A stretch of DNA of 64,000 nt from an uncultured virus (IMG/VR IMGVR_UViG_3300035427_000001) (taxonomy: Duplodnaviria > Heunggongvirae > Uroviricota > Caudoviricetes): the IMG/VR virus record IMGVR_UViG_3300035427_000001, one strand, 5' to 3'. Position numbers and translations under genes: made by a program. Of this stretch, positions 1 to 9,547 are shown one piece after another. Under the pieces are notes generated by a model that did no database searches, was not told where the DNA came from, and saw only the letters and a list, made by a program, of their open reading frames with translations. Position 1 is the first letter of the stretch. Each line of letters starts with the position of its first letter.

Positions 1-245
1 TCTTCCTCTTCTTCTTCCTCTTCTTCTTCCTCTTCGGAATCATCATCATCATCGTCTGATTCTTCCTCTTCTTCTTCTTCGTCATCGGATTCAGAACCGA
101 AAAGGTCTTCGGCTTCTTCGGCAGAAAGCATGATAGGAGCAGGGATAATCTTTACTGAGCCGTCTTCGTACTTAATGATGATTGCACCATTGATTTCTGT
201 TCTGGAAACTTCTTTCAGTTCCACTTCTTTTTTCTTCTTAGCCAT
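1..245 (-). CDS. Acidic low-complexity hypothetical protein (5' part only; runs off the left edge)
   Basis: Not in the ORF track. ATG at 245 reads MAKKKKEVELKEVSRTEINGAIIIKYEDGSVKIIPAPIMLSAEEAEDLFGSESDDEEEEE..., open to position 1. Confidence 0.8.
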   Translation of the reverse strand, partial: MAKKKKEVELKEVSRTEINGAIIIKYEDGSVKIIPAPIMLSAEEAEDLFGSESDDEEEEEEESDDDDDDSEEEEEEEEEEE

Positions 246-282
246 TTTCGTAATGTTTAAGTTGGTTAATAATTTATTTATA

Positions 283-531
283 TCACTCTGTTATAAGTTT
301 CTTTACCAGTATGGATTTCTGAGTATACCCAGATTTTAATAATTCCTCCTGAGCAATATTGAATTGTTTTATCTCATCTAGAGTTGTCTTTAATTCTAAT
401 TGAGATTCCATTGTTATTGCCTGAGAGGCAAGTTCCTTGTCACCTTGATAAGTGACTATCTTAAACTTCTTACCTGCAAATGGGTTTGCTGGTTGATGTG
501 CTGTGATTTTAAAACCTTCGTTATTATTCAT
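283..531 (-). CDS. Hypothetical protein
   Basis: 82-aa ORF overlapping the upstream stop, on the operon strand. Confidence 0.7.
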   Translation of the reverse strand: MNNNEGFKITAHQPANPFAGKKFKIVTYQGDKELASQAITMESQLELKTTLDEIKQFNIAQEELLKSGYTQKSILVKKLITE

Positions 532-1069
532 TGCTATATTTAATTTTAGTTATCCCAGGAATACCCACCTTCCCAAATACTTCGGTATAGGATTTGTATT
601 TCCCTTTTATCATTGTTTTATAGTTATCGGATAATCGAATTGGGTAGACCCATATTTTATTTTCTATCATCCTATTTGTCATTATATAAGCATAAGACCT
701 TCTAAGTTTAATACTCTCTAATGGAACAAACCCTTGAAATAATAGAGACTTCTTAATAAACCTTTCTTTGGGCAAATATCCTAAAAATTTAAGTGATGCC
801 TCATCGAATATTTCAAGCATATCCCTTTGTGCTTTGATAAATAGTACCTTTTGTATTGGGATGTTCATCTTCTTTCTTAAATATAAAGCCAATGAACTTA
901 CCAATGGAGGATACTGCAAGAATAACAGATTGAATTTATTTTTCTCCCCTTGACTCAGCCTGTTGTAAATCCTGTAGGATAGCAAGATTGATTTGTAATC
1001 TCTTTTGCCTTGTATACTTGGGAGATATGCCTTGCCGTTGTCCATAGAGTTTGATTGAGTACCTTTCAT
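524..1069 (-). CDS. Hypothetical protein (true start probably downstream of 1069, e.g. MDNGK)
   Basis: ORF on the operon strand; its 5' end overlaps the upstream gene by over 100 nt. Confidence 0.6.
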   Translation of the reverse strand: MKGTQSNSMDNGKAYLPSIQGKRDYKSILLSYRIYNRLSQGEKNKFNLLFLQYPPLVSSLALYLRKKMNIPIQKVLFIKAQRDMLEIFDEASLKFLGYLPKERFIKKSLLFQGFVPLESIKLRRSYAYIMTNRMIENKIWVYPIRLSDNYKTMIKGKYKSYTEVFGKVGIPGITKIKYSNE

Positions 1070-1499
1070 TGAATTCCTTTTTTCCTTTAGACTTAAAGAC
1101 TCGGTGCATTTGTACCATAAATCTTCTTCGTCGGTGTTTATCTATGTGATATTCATCGGGCATTATGAACTTCCTTGCTTTTACGAATTTACCCTTAAAC
1201 CAGAATTTAGTACTACCCTTTTTAAGAAGTTTACCATTCATATCGGATAATTCTCTAATGCCTTGTTTTATAAGTTTCCTCCCAGATATTATATGGATAT
1301 ATCGAAGAACATCTACACCATAAAGATAAACTAAGGTAACCTTTACTTGGTGTCTAGTAAAGTAAGGTATACCAGTTAGATGTTTCCTATATAATTTCTT
1401 TTCAGTAACAATCTTATTGGTGGTATCTGGTCTCCAAGTCCATATATAATATCTATCTGGTCGTATGGGTCCGTTGTTACTTTCCTTTAGCTTTACCAT
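936..1499 (-). CDS. Basic hypothetical protein
   Basis: 187-aa K/R-rich ORF overlapping its neighbours. Confidence 0.7.
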   Translation of the reverse strand: MVKLKESNNGPIRPDRYYIWTWRPDTTNKIVTEKKLYRKHLTGIPYFTRHQVKVTLVYLYGVDVLRYIHIISGRKLIKQGIRELSDMNGKLLKKGSTKFWFKGKFVKARKFIMPDEYHIDKHRRRRFMVQMHRVFKSKGKKEFNERYSIKLYGQRQGISPKYTRQKRLQINLAILQDLQQAESRGEK

Positions 1500-2055
1500 T
1501 TATATTTCTCTTTGCCATTCTATACCAAAGCTTGATGGATTTCTCGTTGGCTTCGGGGAATTTCTTTTTCATTCTCCGAATAACTCTATCAAGTTCAAAA
1601 CCTTTTGCAGTTAATTCAAATACATAAGATTTCTTTGTGCCCTTGATAAGATTAAATTCATCCCTCTCTCTGGGTGGTTTCTTTTCTCTGGGTTTCTTTA
1701 TCCCAGGAACTCGTTTGGTTCTTCTTTGCCCATTTTCTCCTTCTTCTCCTAGAAACCCAAGCCTTAATCTGGAATTTCTTAATGGGTCATCTTTCGAATA
1801 CCCAATATTTTCTAATTGCTTATCCATCCAATCGTCATATTTATCAATTAACGATTTATCGGGCTTCTCTTCTGATACATTGATATAATGTAATAAGTCA
1901 AATACCCCAGCAGAACAAGCATCAGGGAAAGGCATCCCTAATATGATAGCCTTTCTCTTTAAATCCTTATAAGTCATGTTTCTCCCAGAAGCACCAAGGA
2001 AATTTGATTTCTCCCTGGATGGAGCTTTCATGTCTTTTCTACTCTTTTTTGCCAT
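1477..2055 (-). CDS. Hypothetical protein, possible C-terminal winged-helix DNA-binding region
   Basis: 192-aa ORF just downstream of a host-type promoter element; basic helical C-terminus. Confidence 0.7.
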   Translation of the reverse strand: MAKKSRKDMKAPSREKSNFLGASGRNMTYKDLKRKAIILGMPFPDACSAGVFDLLHYINVSEEKPDKSLIDKYDDWMDKQLENIGYSKDDPLRNSRLRLGFLGEEGENGQRRTKRVPGIKKPREKKPPRERDEFNLIKGTKKSYVFELTAKGFELDRVIRRMKKKFPEANEKSIKLWYRMAKRNINGKAKGK

Positions 2056-2091
2056 ATCATTAATATTTTAAGTATTCATTTATTTTCTTTG

Positions 2092-2099
2092 CAAATATA
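2092..2099 (-). promoter_or_regulatory. Bacteroidota-type -7 promoter element (TAnnTTTG)
   Basis: TATATTTG(C) on the minus strand in an AT-rich intergenic gap about 37 nt upstream of the ATG at 2055. Confidence 0.6.
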
Positions 2100-2130
2100 A
2101 GAATAAATAATTTAATCTTATCTTATTTCT

Positions 2131-3111
2131 CTATTTATTTTTATAAAAATCCGAGGTTTTTGCTCGGTTCGCAGCAGTGGATTTAGGTTTTTTATACTTT
2201 CTCTTGATATGTGTGTTATAAGCCATATCCAATTTCTTAATATTGAATTCTATGTTGTTCACTTGATTATAGTTTACTGCTTTTTCCACACAGCAACGGT
2301 ACTCTGGCCAGAATTTTTGTCCAAGCTTAACAGATTCGGTTTTAATCATAAACTTAGATACCATAAAACCAAAGGTATCAGCATCATCTTTAGTTTTGAA
2401 TACATACATGTAAAATCTACTGAATTCATCTACTACTTCATCCAAAGGTCTTACTGGTAACAATAGATAACCATCAGTATATAGGTCCTCAGATATTAAA
2501 GCTACCCAATACTTTTTCTTTCCAGGTTTTACTTTATACCTAAATCTTTCTCTGAGTTTAGTGTGCATCCAATCCGGTACTCTATTAAGAAGATACTTGA
2601 TATATATCTTATCCTTCTTATTCGACCGCCTTTTAAATGCAGATGGCTGTTGTAGCATCCTTGGAAGTATTCTAAAGTTATTCCACCTATCAAATTCAAG
2701 AATTAATCTTAGAGTATCTATGTCCCATTCATCATCAGACTCCTTTAACCTCTTCATGTTTCTCTCTATATTTTTAGAGTTTACCTTTGGGAGTAATTGA
2801 GCTGAGTCTCCTGTGAATAAGCTTGCTTCTTTTCTTTTTAATCGTTTCTCTAAACATCCCTCCATATAATCTTGGAAGTTTCTCTCACATGGGCAATCTG
2901 GTCGAAAGATAGAAGTGTGTTTCTCAAAAAAATCCGAGAATAGCCTAAAGAATTTCTCAGACCGTTCCCGGATTTCAAGATACTTGTAATGAGATAACTT
3001 TAAAATTTCACCAGCTTCCCATGAAGATTTACTTTCTGATAGCTGAAGGAATAATGATTGTTGTTCTTTATCGATTAAACAACTCCAGGCTTTTTGTTGA
3101 GCTTCGTTCAT
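2131..3111 (-). CDS. Hypothetical protein with an N-terminal sigma-70 region-4-like HTH
   Basis: N-terminus AWSCLIDKEQQSLFLQLSESKSSWEAGEILKLSHYKYLEIRERSEK follows the sigma4 pattern (L..L...E....L......S..E....L..S). Confidence 0.5.
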   Translation of the reverse strand: MNEAQQKAWSCLIDKEQQSLFLQLSESKSSWEAGEILKLSHYKYLEIRERSEKFFRLFSDFFEKHTSIFRPDCPCERNFQDYMEGCLEKRLKRKEASLFTGDSAQLLPKVNSKNIERNMKRLKESDDEWDIDTLRLILEFDRWNNFRILPRMLQQPSAFKRRSNKKDKIYIKYLLNRVPDWMHTKLRERFRYKVKPGKKKYWVALISEDLYTDGYLLLPVRPLDEVVDEFSRFYMYVFKTKDDADTFGFMVSKFMIKTESVKLGQKFWPEYRCCVEKAVNYNQVNNIEFNIKKLDMAYNTHIKRKYKKPKSTAANRAKTSDFYKNK

Positions 3112-3115
3112 AACA

Positions 3116-3832
3116 TTAAATTCTTCTATATCTCATTATACTATCAATTGCTTCATTGGTAATCTGATTAGGGTCATATTCTCCCTGATTAGCATAAAGC
3201 CTATCTGGGTCATGGTTCAAATAAACACTGTAGATAACATTGTCAAAAGGTAGCCATACTTCCATCCTTCCCATTTCTGGGTATATAAGGACTTTTACTC
3301 TTTTACAAAGATGGTCAACCTCTAATACTGTGGCATCTACTCCTTCATAGGGATAACCCCGTAATACTAAGTAATCTCCAGGCTTTACATTGACTAAATC
3401 ATCTACTGAAAACTTCTTATTCTCTCTAGCAATACGTTTAAATCGCCTTACTTCTTTTCTACTACAAGTAGCCACTAAAGAAAAATCATCAAAGTCTTCG
3501 GCATTGTCAATCCTTACCTTTTTCTTTCTTGGATGCATTGTCTCAGTATTACGTAACCAAGTTCTGATACCCGATATATCCCTACGTAACTTATTAAGAA
3601 ATGGCCTTGAGAATGCTAATTTAGTAGGCATTCTCATAAAACCATAATTGAATAATACTGGTACTTCTTCGAATACCATCTTACCCTTTGTGGTTTTTCT
3701 TAATACGTTTACCATAGGAATAATTGCCTTGATTTGGTCATACCCCTTTTCTTTGAGTTCTTTATTGATTTTATCACAGTACTTCCTTTCAAGGTAAAAT
3801 ATACAATATGAATATGGGGTATGCTTCTTCAT
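3116..3832 (-). CDS. NusG/UpxY/RfaH-family transcription antitermination factor
   Basis: NGN-like IPMVNV...EEVPVLFNYGFM and KOW motif VKPGDYLVLRGYPYEGVDATVLEVD..KRVKV. Confidence 0.8.
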   Translation of the reverse strand: MKKHTPYSYCIFYLERKYCDKINKELKEKGYDQIKAIIPMVNVLRKTTKGKMVFEEVPVLFNYGFMRMPTKLAFSRPFLNKLRRDISGIRTWLRNTETMHPRKKKVRIDNAEDFDDFSLVATCSRKEVRRFKRIARENKKFSVDDLVNVKPGDYLVLRGYPYEGVDATVLEVDHLCKRVKVLIYPEMGRMEVWLPFDNVIYSVYLNHDPDRLYANQGEYDPNQITNEAIDSIMRYRRI

Positions 3833-3835
3833 AGG

Positions 3836-4369
3836 TTACCGGTTTTTAATAATTAACTTAGCTTGTTTATGTACTAACTTATAGTTTACATTCTTCAGTA
3901 TATCACTAGCCATGAATACATAAAGAATCTCACCTATCTTTGGTACATCAATTACCATAATATTGGCTTTATCGAATAGTGGTTTATAGAATACTGAAGA
4001 TAAATCCTTTCCAACTACAAAGAAAAATTCTTCTGATGGCATTGAATTATATCTCATACAGAGTATGGGAACTTTATTTGCTCTTTTTGCATCCTTAGAA
4101 GCTTGTTCCCAGAATTTCAATATATCGCATCCCTTATTACCTAAGAGTAGATGTTCAAACTTAATCTCTTTATAATTCTTGCATTCGATGGATATCTTAC
4201 ATCTATGAGCATGCCTTTCATCAGTACAGGTTAAATCGGAAGTGGAGTCCTTGTTTGAATGCCAAGCTCCACTCCCCGCTCTATTCCTTTCAAATTTGTA
4301 CCCGGTCCATTTTGTAAACCAAGCCCCTATCTTTCTTTCGAATCGATTTCCTTTATTCTTAGAGTTCAT
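3836..4369 (-). CDS. Holliday junction resolvase (PD-(D/E)XK, Hjc-like)
   Basis: NSKNKGNRFERKI start, SG-A motif, SDL and IECK catalytic motifs. Confidence 0.8.
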   Translation of the reverse strand: MNSKNKGNRFERKIGAWFTKWTGYKFERNRAGSGAWHSNKDSTSDLTCTDERHAHRCKISIECKNYKEIKFEHLLLGNKGCDILKFWEQASKDAKRANKVPILCMRYNSMPSEEFFFVVGKDLSSVFYKPLFDKANIMVIDVPKIGEILYVFMASDILKNVNYKLVHKQAKLIIKNR

Positions 4370-4400
4370 AATATAATGGTGTATTGTATTTTATATACCA

Positions 4401-7160
4401 TTATAGTAATTGGTACCTACTCAGGCCTTGGGTCTTTTCCACTTGCAGAATTTTGGTATTACCAAGAGGAAGTGAATCTAAGTGGGTTATCAAGAATAGA
4501 GTTTTCTCTTTGAATATGTGACGTATTAGTGAGGTAACTACTTCTATGTTATCTGAACTTAAAGATTCAAATACCTCATCGAGAAATGCTAAGTTAATAC
4601 CCTTAGAAGCCGTAAGAGCTTCATTCATTGCAAATGCCATTGCAACATTACATAATTGTTTTTCTCCACCGCTAAGTTCATCATAATCAATTATTTGCCC
4701 ATCCCTTTCGATAAGAGTAACAAATTCTTTTCTAGCAGTGCCCAAATCAATATTAAATTCAATCCTAAATCCCAATACCTCTGAATACTTATCAAGGCAT
4801 TTATTTAAGAACTCAAGGGATGAATCAAATAGATAAGCCTTAATCCCATTATTACCCAATGGGTCATTAATTAACCAGTTATAATTCTCTAACTCTAACT
4901 CTTTATTGTGAAAGTCTTCATCAACTTTCCGTAAGTTTTTCCTAATCTCTTTAAGTTTTTGTTTATACTTTGGAGACATGACCTTAAGCTTTTCTTGCTT
5001 GAGCTTAGCCAGGTCTTCGTCAATAGAAGCAATATCAGAAGCAATATCATCACAGTCTGATTTTAATTTCTTATACCTATCATTTACACTACTAAGTTCT
5101 TCCAACCTTTCTAATGCCTCCTGATACTCCTTATCGTATTTATCAAGGTCAGAGAACGCTTTATATATTGATTTGGCATCACGTAATGCACGTTTGTAGT
5201 GACCTTCTTCTAACTGTATTACTAATTCTTTAATTACTTTCTTAAGAGGTACATTTGATAAATTCTTGGCATCTTTTATCTTACCCTTTAAATCAAGGAT
5301 TAGTTCATTTTGTTTTTTAATCTTTATCTGAAGTGAAGCATCTACTTCATCCTTAATTTGTTTTTGTTTCTCAATCAGTAACTTAGTTAGCTTTTCCCTA
5401 TCTTGCTTTAACTCTCTTCTTTCTTCTTTGATTTTTTGCTTGAAGGATTTTTCTCTATCTCTCATATCGAAGTAAGCTTCCTTGTTAGCCTCCAATTCTT
5501 TCTTAAGCATTTGAGACTCATGCTCTACCTCATTTATTTGAGATATCAAGTTATTTTTATCTTGTAATGCAATGCCTTTAGCAAGGTTTAAGAACTCTAA
5601 GTCAAATACTTCTTCGAATATCTTTTTCTTATCAGAATTAGATTCTTGTATGAGTCTTTTTATACCCTGACCAAACATGATTGAGTTCATAAACAGAGTA
5701 TATGATAAACCTATCTCTCGGTTTATAAAATCTTGTATCTTCCCCTTCCCTTTGATATCAACTATATCCCCATCTTTCATGAAGATAAGTCTGTCTTTAC
5801 CTTTAGCACCATCCTCAAGTACTTCATCATACTTTTGACATCTAACTATCTTATATGTATGAGAATCTTTCTGAAAATATACTTGTACCTTAGTACCCTT
5901 GTAATCTTTAGGCCTTACTGGCTTCCAAGTATTTACCTCAGAAACACCCTTTAGGTTTTTCCCATATATTGCCCATACCAAGGCAGAGAGAATAGTTGAA
6001 TTATGGGTAACTATAAAATCTCTGGTAATATATAGGCCTTCTGAAGAATCTACTTTAATGCACCTACATACCTTTTTCCCTATATATTCAATATTTCTTA
6101 TGGTATTTACCATTCTATTTCTCCTGGTAAACTCACCATAGGATTTAGTTTTATATTTCCTTAGAAAAGGGTTAAAGGTTAGTCGTATTGAACACCCATA
6201 TGAAGTAGTATACCTACCATACTTAAACCGGGTACTTTCATTTTTAGTAGATAGGCCTCCAAGGGATCTTACCAAATAGCTAATACCATCTCTTAAGTGC
6301 TCACTCTTAGATGAATACGTAGAAACCTTTGAGATTTTCTTTTTGGAACCAACACATCCATCAGTATCTAATAAACCAGCTAATAATAATCTACGATTCT
6401 CGATTGATGATTTCAAATATAACTCTGGTATAAACTTATCTTTAGACTTACAACCAATTAATCCTAAATCCTTGAGTTCTTTACCTAAACCATGAATCCT
6501 AAAATGTTTAGCCCCTCTTACCTCTGTACCTTCATGAACCAGGTTTGGGTCTGGCAAATATGACCTTAATCTATCAACTATCTCTGGCCAATCCTCTCTA
6601 TTGGTAGATACTCTAACTGTAGGCCTATTACCGGAAATACAACCATCGCCTAATATAAACCCTAATACGTAGGGGTGTATTGGTAATTTAGTATAATTAC
6701 CCTCAATTGGTACGGTTAATGGGGTTGAGTACCTATACTTGAAAGTACCAGAAGCAGTTTTATTCTCAACCTTATAATCCTTTAGTAAAGTCTCGGTATC
6801 TAAGGTTCTTAGTCTATCTTTAGCTTTACCCGATTTGAATACTGACCATAAATGGTCTCCAGCACATTCAGTACATGAGCCATCAGAAAAGGTTATTTTG
6901 TAAGTATCTAATAGACCTCTATCATAAATACCCAATAGCTTGATAGGTTTACCTGTAACTGGGTTAATTACTCTATCATTAAGAGTTAATTCCCCCATCT
7001 TTTTCCAACCATTAGCGGTTAAAACGGGTTCTTCTAAAGGTTGTGCTTTACCTTTCCCATTTGGGGCCTTGATAAGTATGGTACAAGTGGGGTTTAATTG
7101 TAGATGTAAGGATTCTATTGAACAAAATCCTTCTGCCTCTAAGTTTAAGAACGTTAACAT
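4401..7160 (-). CDS. sbcC: SbcC/Rad50 (gp46-like) recombination ATPase containing an intein
   Basis: Walker A APNGKGK/ST split by the intein, coiled coil, LSGGE signature, Walker B FLDE, ITH switch motif. Confidence 0.93.
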   Translation of the reverse strand: MLTFLNLEAEGFCSIESLHLQLNPTCTILIKAPNGKGKAQPLEEPVLTANGWKKMGELTLNDRVINPVTGKPIKLLGIYDRGLLDTYKITFSDGSCTECAGDHLWSVFKSGKAKDRLRTLDTETLLKDYKVENKTASGTFKYRYSTPLTVPIEGNYTKLPIHPYVLGFILGDGCISGNRPTVRVSTNREDWPEIVDRLRSYLPDPNLVHEGTEVRGAKHFRIHGLGKELKDLGLIGCKSKDKFIPELYLKSSIENRRLLLAGLLDTDGCVGSKKKISKVSTYSSKSEHLRDGISYLVRSLGGLSTKNESTRFKYGRYTTSYGCSIRLTFNPFLRKYKTKSYGEFTRRNRMVNTIRNIEYIGKKVCRCIKVDSSEGLYITRDFIVTHNSTILSALVWAIYGKNLKGVSEVNTWKPVRPKDYKGTKVQVYFQKDSHTYKIVRCQKYDEVLEDGAKGKDRLIFMKDGDIVDIKGKGKIQDFINREIGLSYTLFMNSIMFGQGIKRLIQESNSDKKKIFEEVFDLEFLNLAKGIALQDKNNLISQINEVEHESQMLKKELEANKEAYFDMRDREKSFKQKIKEERRELKQDREKLTKLLIEKQKQIKDEVDASLQIKIKKQNELILDLKGKIKDAKNLSNVPLKKVIKELVIQLEEGHYKRALRDAKSIYKAFSDLDKYDKEYQEALERLEELSSVNDRYKKLKSDCDDIASDIASIDEDLAKLKQEKLKVMSPKYKQKLKEIRKNLRKVDEDFHNKELELENYNWLINDPLGNNGIKAYLFDSSLEFLNKCLDKYSEVLGFRIEFNIDLGTARKEFVTLIERDGQIIDYDELSGGEKQLCNVAMAFAMNEALTASKGINLAFLDEVFESLSSDNIEVVTSLIRHIFKEKTLFLITHLDSLPLGNTKILQVEKTQGLSRYQLL
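6000..7046 (-). mobile_element. Intein (349 aa) with LAGLIDADG homing endonuclease, Ala1 start, class-3-type signature
   Basis: Starts AQPL after GKGK, ends VTHN before Ser; LGFILGDG and LAGLLDTDG motifs; block B DHLW, block F CRCI. Confidence 0.92.
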
Positions 7161-8113
7161 GACTCAGCCTTTTTAAGTGTTTCAATTAATAGATTAGTTT
7201 TAACCTCATCTTTAATACCTTTCTCTCTTAGGTATCTCTTTGCTAGAGACTTCTTAGAAAGTTGCTTAGTAATCTTATGTTTGTTATTAACTGGAGTACT
7301 AGCTTTTTGAGGGATTACCGTATAATAATTGCCATCATCCTTAATATCCTCTTCCCTTTCTACATCGATGAACTTTGGGAAATTTTTCAAAGGTACAAAC
7401 TTCAGAGACAAATCTTCATAGATTTTCCAATACCCCAATTCACAATCTCTATCGGTTCTCCTTTGATGGTTAGGGGCTCCAATCATATAAACCTTCTTTG
7501 ATAGTCTTTGTGGTTTGTGTATATGCCCACATAATACTAAATCGAACTTATTGAGAACATTCACATTTAAGTTTTCTACGGAATCTATTTCCCTACCATC
7601 TGTATCTTTTGCACCAGGATAATCGGTGTGTAGTAAAAGAATATTCTTTTTACTTTTATCTAATTCTAACTTCTTTAAGTATTCACTTAGACCCACATTA
7701 TTATCAATATAAGGAACCCCATATACCATAATATCTTTATGTGTAGAAGATAGTTGGGTTTTTTCATAATCTAATATCATAATACCATACTTCTCTACTT
7801 GATAAAGCCAGCTAAAGGGTTTAGTACCAACCTTACTTATTTTCTTAATATCATGATTTCCAGATATGGCATATATCCAAAATCCTTCGATTAGTTCATT
7901 ATAACATATCTCTGCTAATTCTTGGTCCATTGTTTCGGCCTTATGAAATAAGTCTCCACAAAATAATGCAGGACAGTTAAACCTTCTACATAATTTCCGT
8001 ATAATCGACAAAACCCTGAAACTATTCAGGGTCCTGTGATTGTTCTCATTAAACTTAGCCCATAGATTTATATGTAAATCTGAAAAGGCTATTGCTATTA
8101 CTTCTTTCCCCAT
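7154..8113 (-). CDS. sbcD: SbcD/Mre11 (gp47-like) metallophosphoesterase nuclease
   Basis: SDLH, GDLFH, GNHD and GHIH motifs; adjacent to sbcC. Confidence 0.92.
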   Translation of the reverse strand: MGKEVIAIAFSDLHINLWAKFNENNHRTLNSFRVLSIIRKLCRRFNCPALFCGDLFHKAETMDQELAEICYNELIEGFWIYAISGNHDIKKISKVGTKPFSWLYQVEKYGIMILDYEKTQLSSTHKDIMVYGVPYIDNNVGLSEYLKKLELDKSKKNILLLHTDYPGAKDTDGREIDSVENLNVNVLNKFDLVLCGHIHKPQRLSKKVYMIGAPNHQRRTDRDCELGYWKIYEDLSLKFVPLKNFPKFIDVEREEDIKDDGNYYTVIPQKASTPVNNKHKITKQLSKKSLAKRYLREKGIKDEVKTNLLIETLKKAESC

Positions 8114-8685
8114 ATCCTATCTAAATGGTAATTGATTTGTTCCGTTCTCATACCTAAATCGAGCTCAGATATACAAATAGTGGGTATTTCCCAATTTGCA
8201 AGCAATTCCCCCATAAGAGATGATATCTGAACTTGGAAGAATCTGTTAAGTATTCTCTTACCATTATCTTCCATTGACCAATGCTTATAAGTATCTAGAT
8301 TTAATGGTAAGAAGATTGCTACATCACATTGATCTTCCATTAAAGTCTTACATTGACAGAAAAAATGTTCCATTTCACATTCTGGTAAAGTTCTTGATTG
8401 CTTATACCAAAAATAAGCAGCCAAATCTGCATAACTCCTATCAGTTACGAAGTATTCTCTATCCTTGAATAACCTATTCCTTTTGTTCAGAAGTTGAAAA
8501 TCTGCTTTATACATTGCCTCCGAACCGAGGGATAATATTTCATTATGTGATACCCCTTCAGTAGCAGGTAATAAATCTGACATACTACCAGAAATAAAAG
8601 GTAGATCTTCTCTCTTAGCTACATACTTAGCTAAAGTAGTTTTCCCTATACCAGAGGGACCCACAAACATAATTCTCTTACTCAT
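8098..8685 (-). CDS. P-loop deoxynucleoside monophosphate kinase-like protein
   Basis: GPSGIGKTT P-loop and TDRS..D motif of the dTMP/dNMP kinase fold. Confidence 0.75.
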   Translation of the reverse strand: MSKRIMFVGPSGIGKTTLAKYVAKREDLPFISGSMSDLLPATEGVSHNEILSLGSEAMYKADFQLLNKRNRLFKDREYFVTDRSYADLAAYFWYKQSRTLPECEMEHFFCQCKTLMEDQCDVAIFLPLNLDTYKHWSMEDNGKRILNRFFQVQISSLMGELLANWEIPTICISELDLGMRTEQINYHLDRIWGKK

Positions 8686-9547
8686 GATGTAATGCTTTAA
8701 AGGGTTTTATAAATTCATTTGTCAAAAATGATGCTAAAGAGTATTCGATACAAAGTTCTTTGAATTTCTCATACTTAAACTTCTTCTTTGACTTAATTGG
8801 TAACTTATCCAATGGATTATGTCTTACAAACCAGAAAAGGTCGATTAACTGTTCATTCCTTTTCCATATTTGAAGATATTCTTTGTTCTTACTCTGGGCA
8901 ATAAACTTCTCAATTCTACCCTCATCAAGGATTTTCCTTGCTTTTACTGGGCCTATACCCGGGAACCCTGGTATATCATCGGAAGTATCTCCAACCATTG
9001 CAAGGTACTCTACCGTTTCATGAGAATGATAACCGAATAATTCTTTGCAGTTATCCATTCTTATCATCCCATCTTTTCTGGGATTATATATCCTCAGGTT
9101 ATTTGATAGCAACTGGTTAAAGTCTTTATCCGATGATATAAGTATCATTTTCTCGGATTGGAATTTTTTAATTGCAAGGTATGCTAAGAAGTCATCTCCT
9201 TCATATACTGTAGATTTCTTTTTATCGAAGATATAATTAATTCTTAGCATACCCAGCATTTTCATTATAATTGCCTTTTGCTTTTGCAATGATTCGTAAT
9301 CTACAGATATATTTTTTCTATGTCCCTTGTAATTGGGCAATAACTTCGTCCTTACTGGTGAATGACCATTATCGAATGAAATATAAACCTCATCCGGTTC
9401 GAACCTTGTAAGATACATATGTAGAGATTTGAAAAATCCGAATATTGCCCCACTCGGTTTGCCATCGGTAGATTTAAGTTTTTCGAACTTATGGAAACTA
9501 GCGTGTAGTAGATTTTCCCCATCCACTAAAAGTATTAGTTTTTTCAT
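8678..9547 (-). CDS. 5'-3' exonuclease / flap endonuclease (T4 RNase H or Pol I N-terminal family)
   Basis: LLVDG, NYKGHR, EGDD, SSDKDF, GDTSDDIPGFPGIGPVKA. Confidence 0.92.
   Translation of the reverse strand: MKKLILLVDGENLLHASFHKFEKLKSTDGKPSGAIFGFFKSLHMYLTRFEPDEVYISFDNGHSPVRTKLLPNYKGHRKNISVDYESLQKQKAIIMKMLGMLRINYIFDKKKSTVYEGDDFLAYLAIKKFQSEKMILISSDKDFNQLLSNNLRIYNPRKDGMIRMDNCKELFGYHSHETVEYLAMVGDTSDDIPGFPGIGPVKARKILDEGRIEKFIAQSKNKEYLQIWKRNEQLIDLFWFVRHNPLDKLPIKSKKKFKYEKFKELCIEYSLASFLTNEFIKPFKALHHE

Noticed and set aside
1..100. Simple repeat or CRISPR-like array
   Set aside because: It is the Glu/Asp codon tract of a CDS, with no repeat-spacer structure
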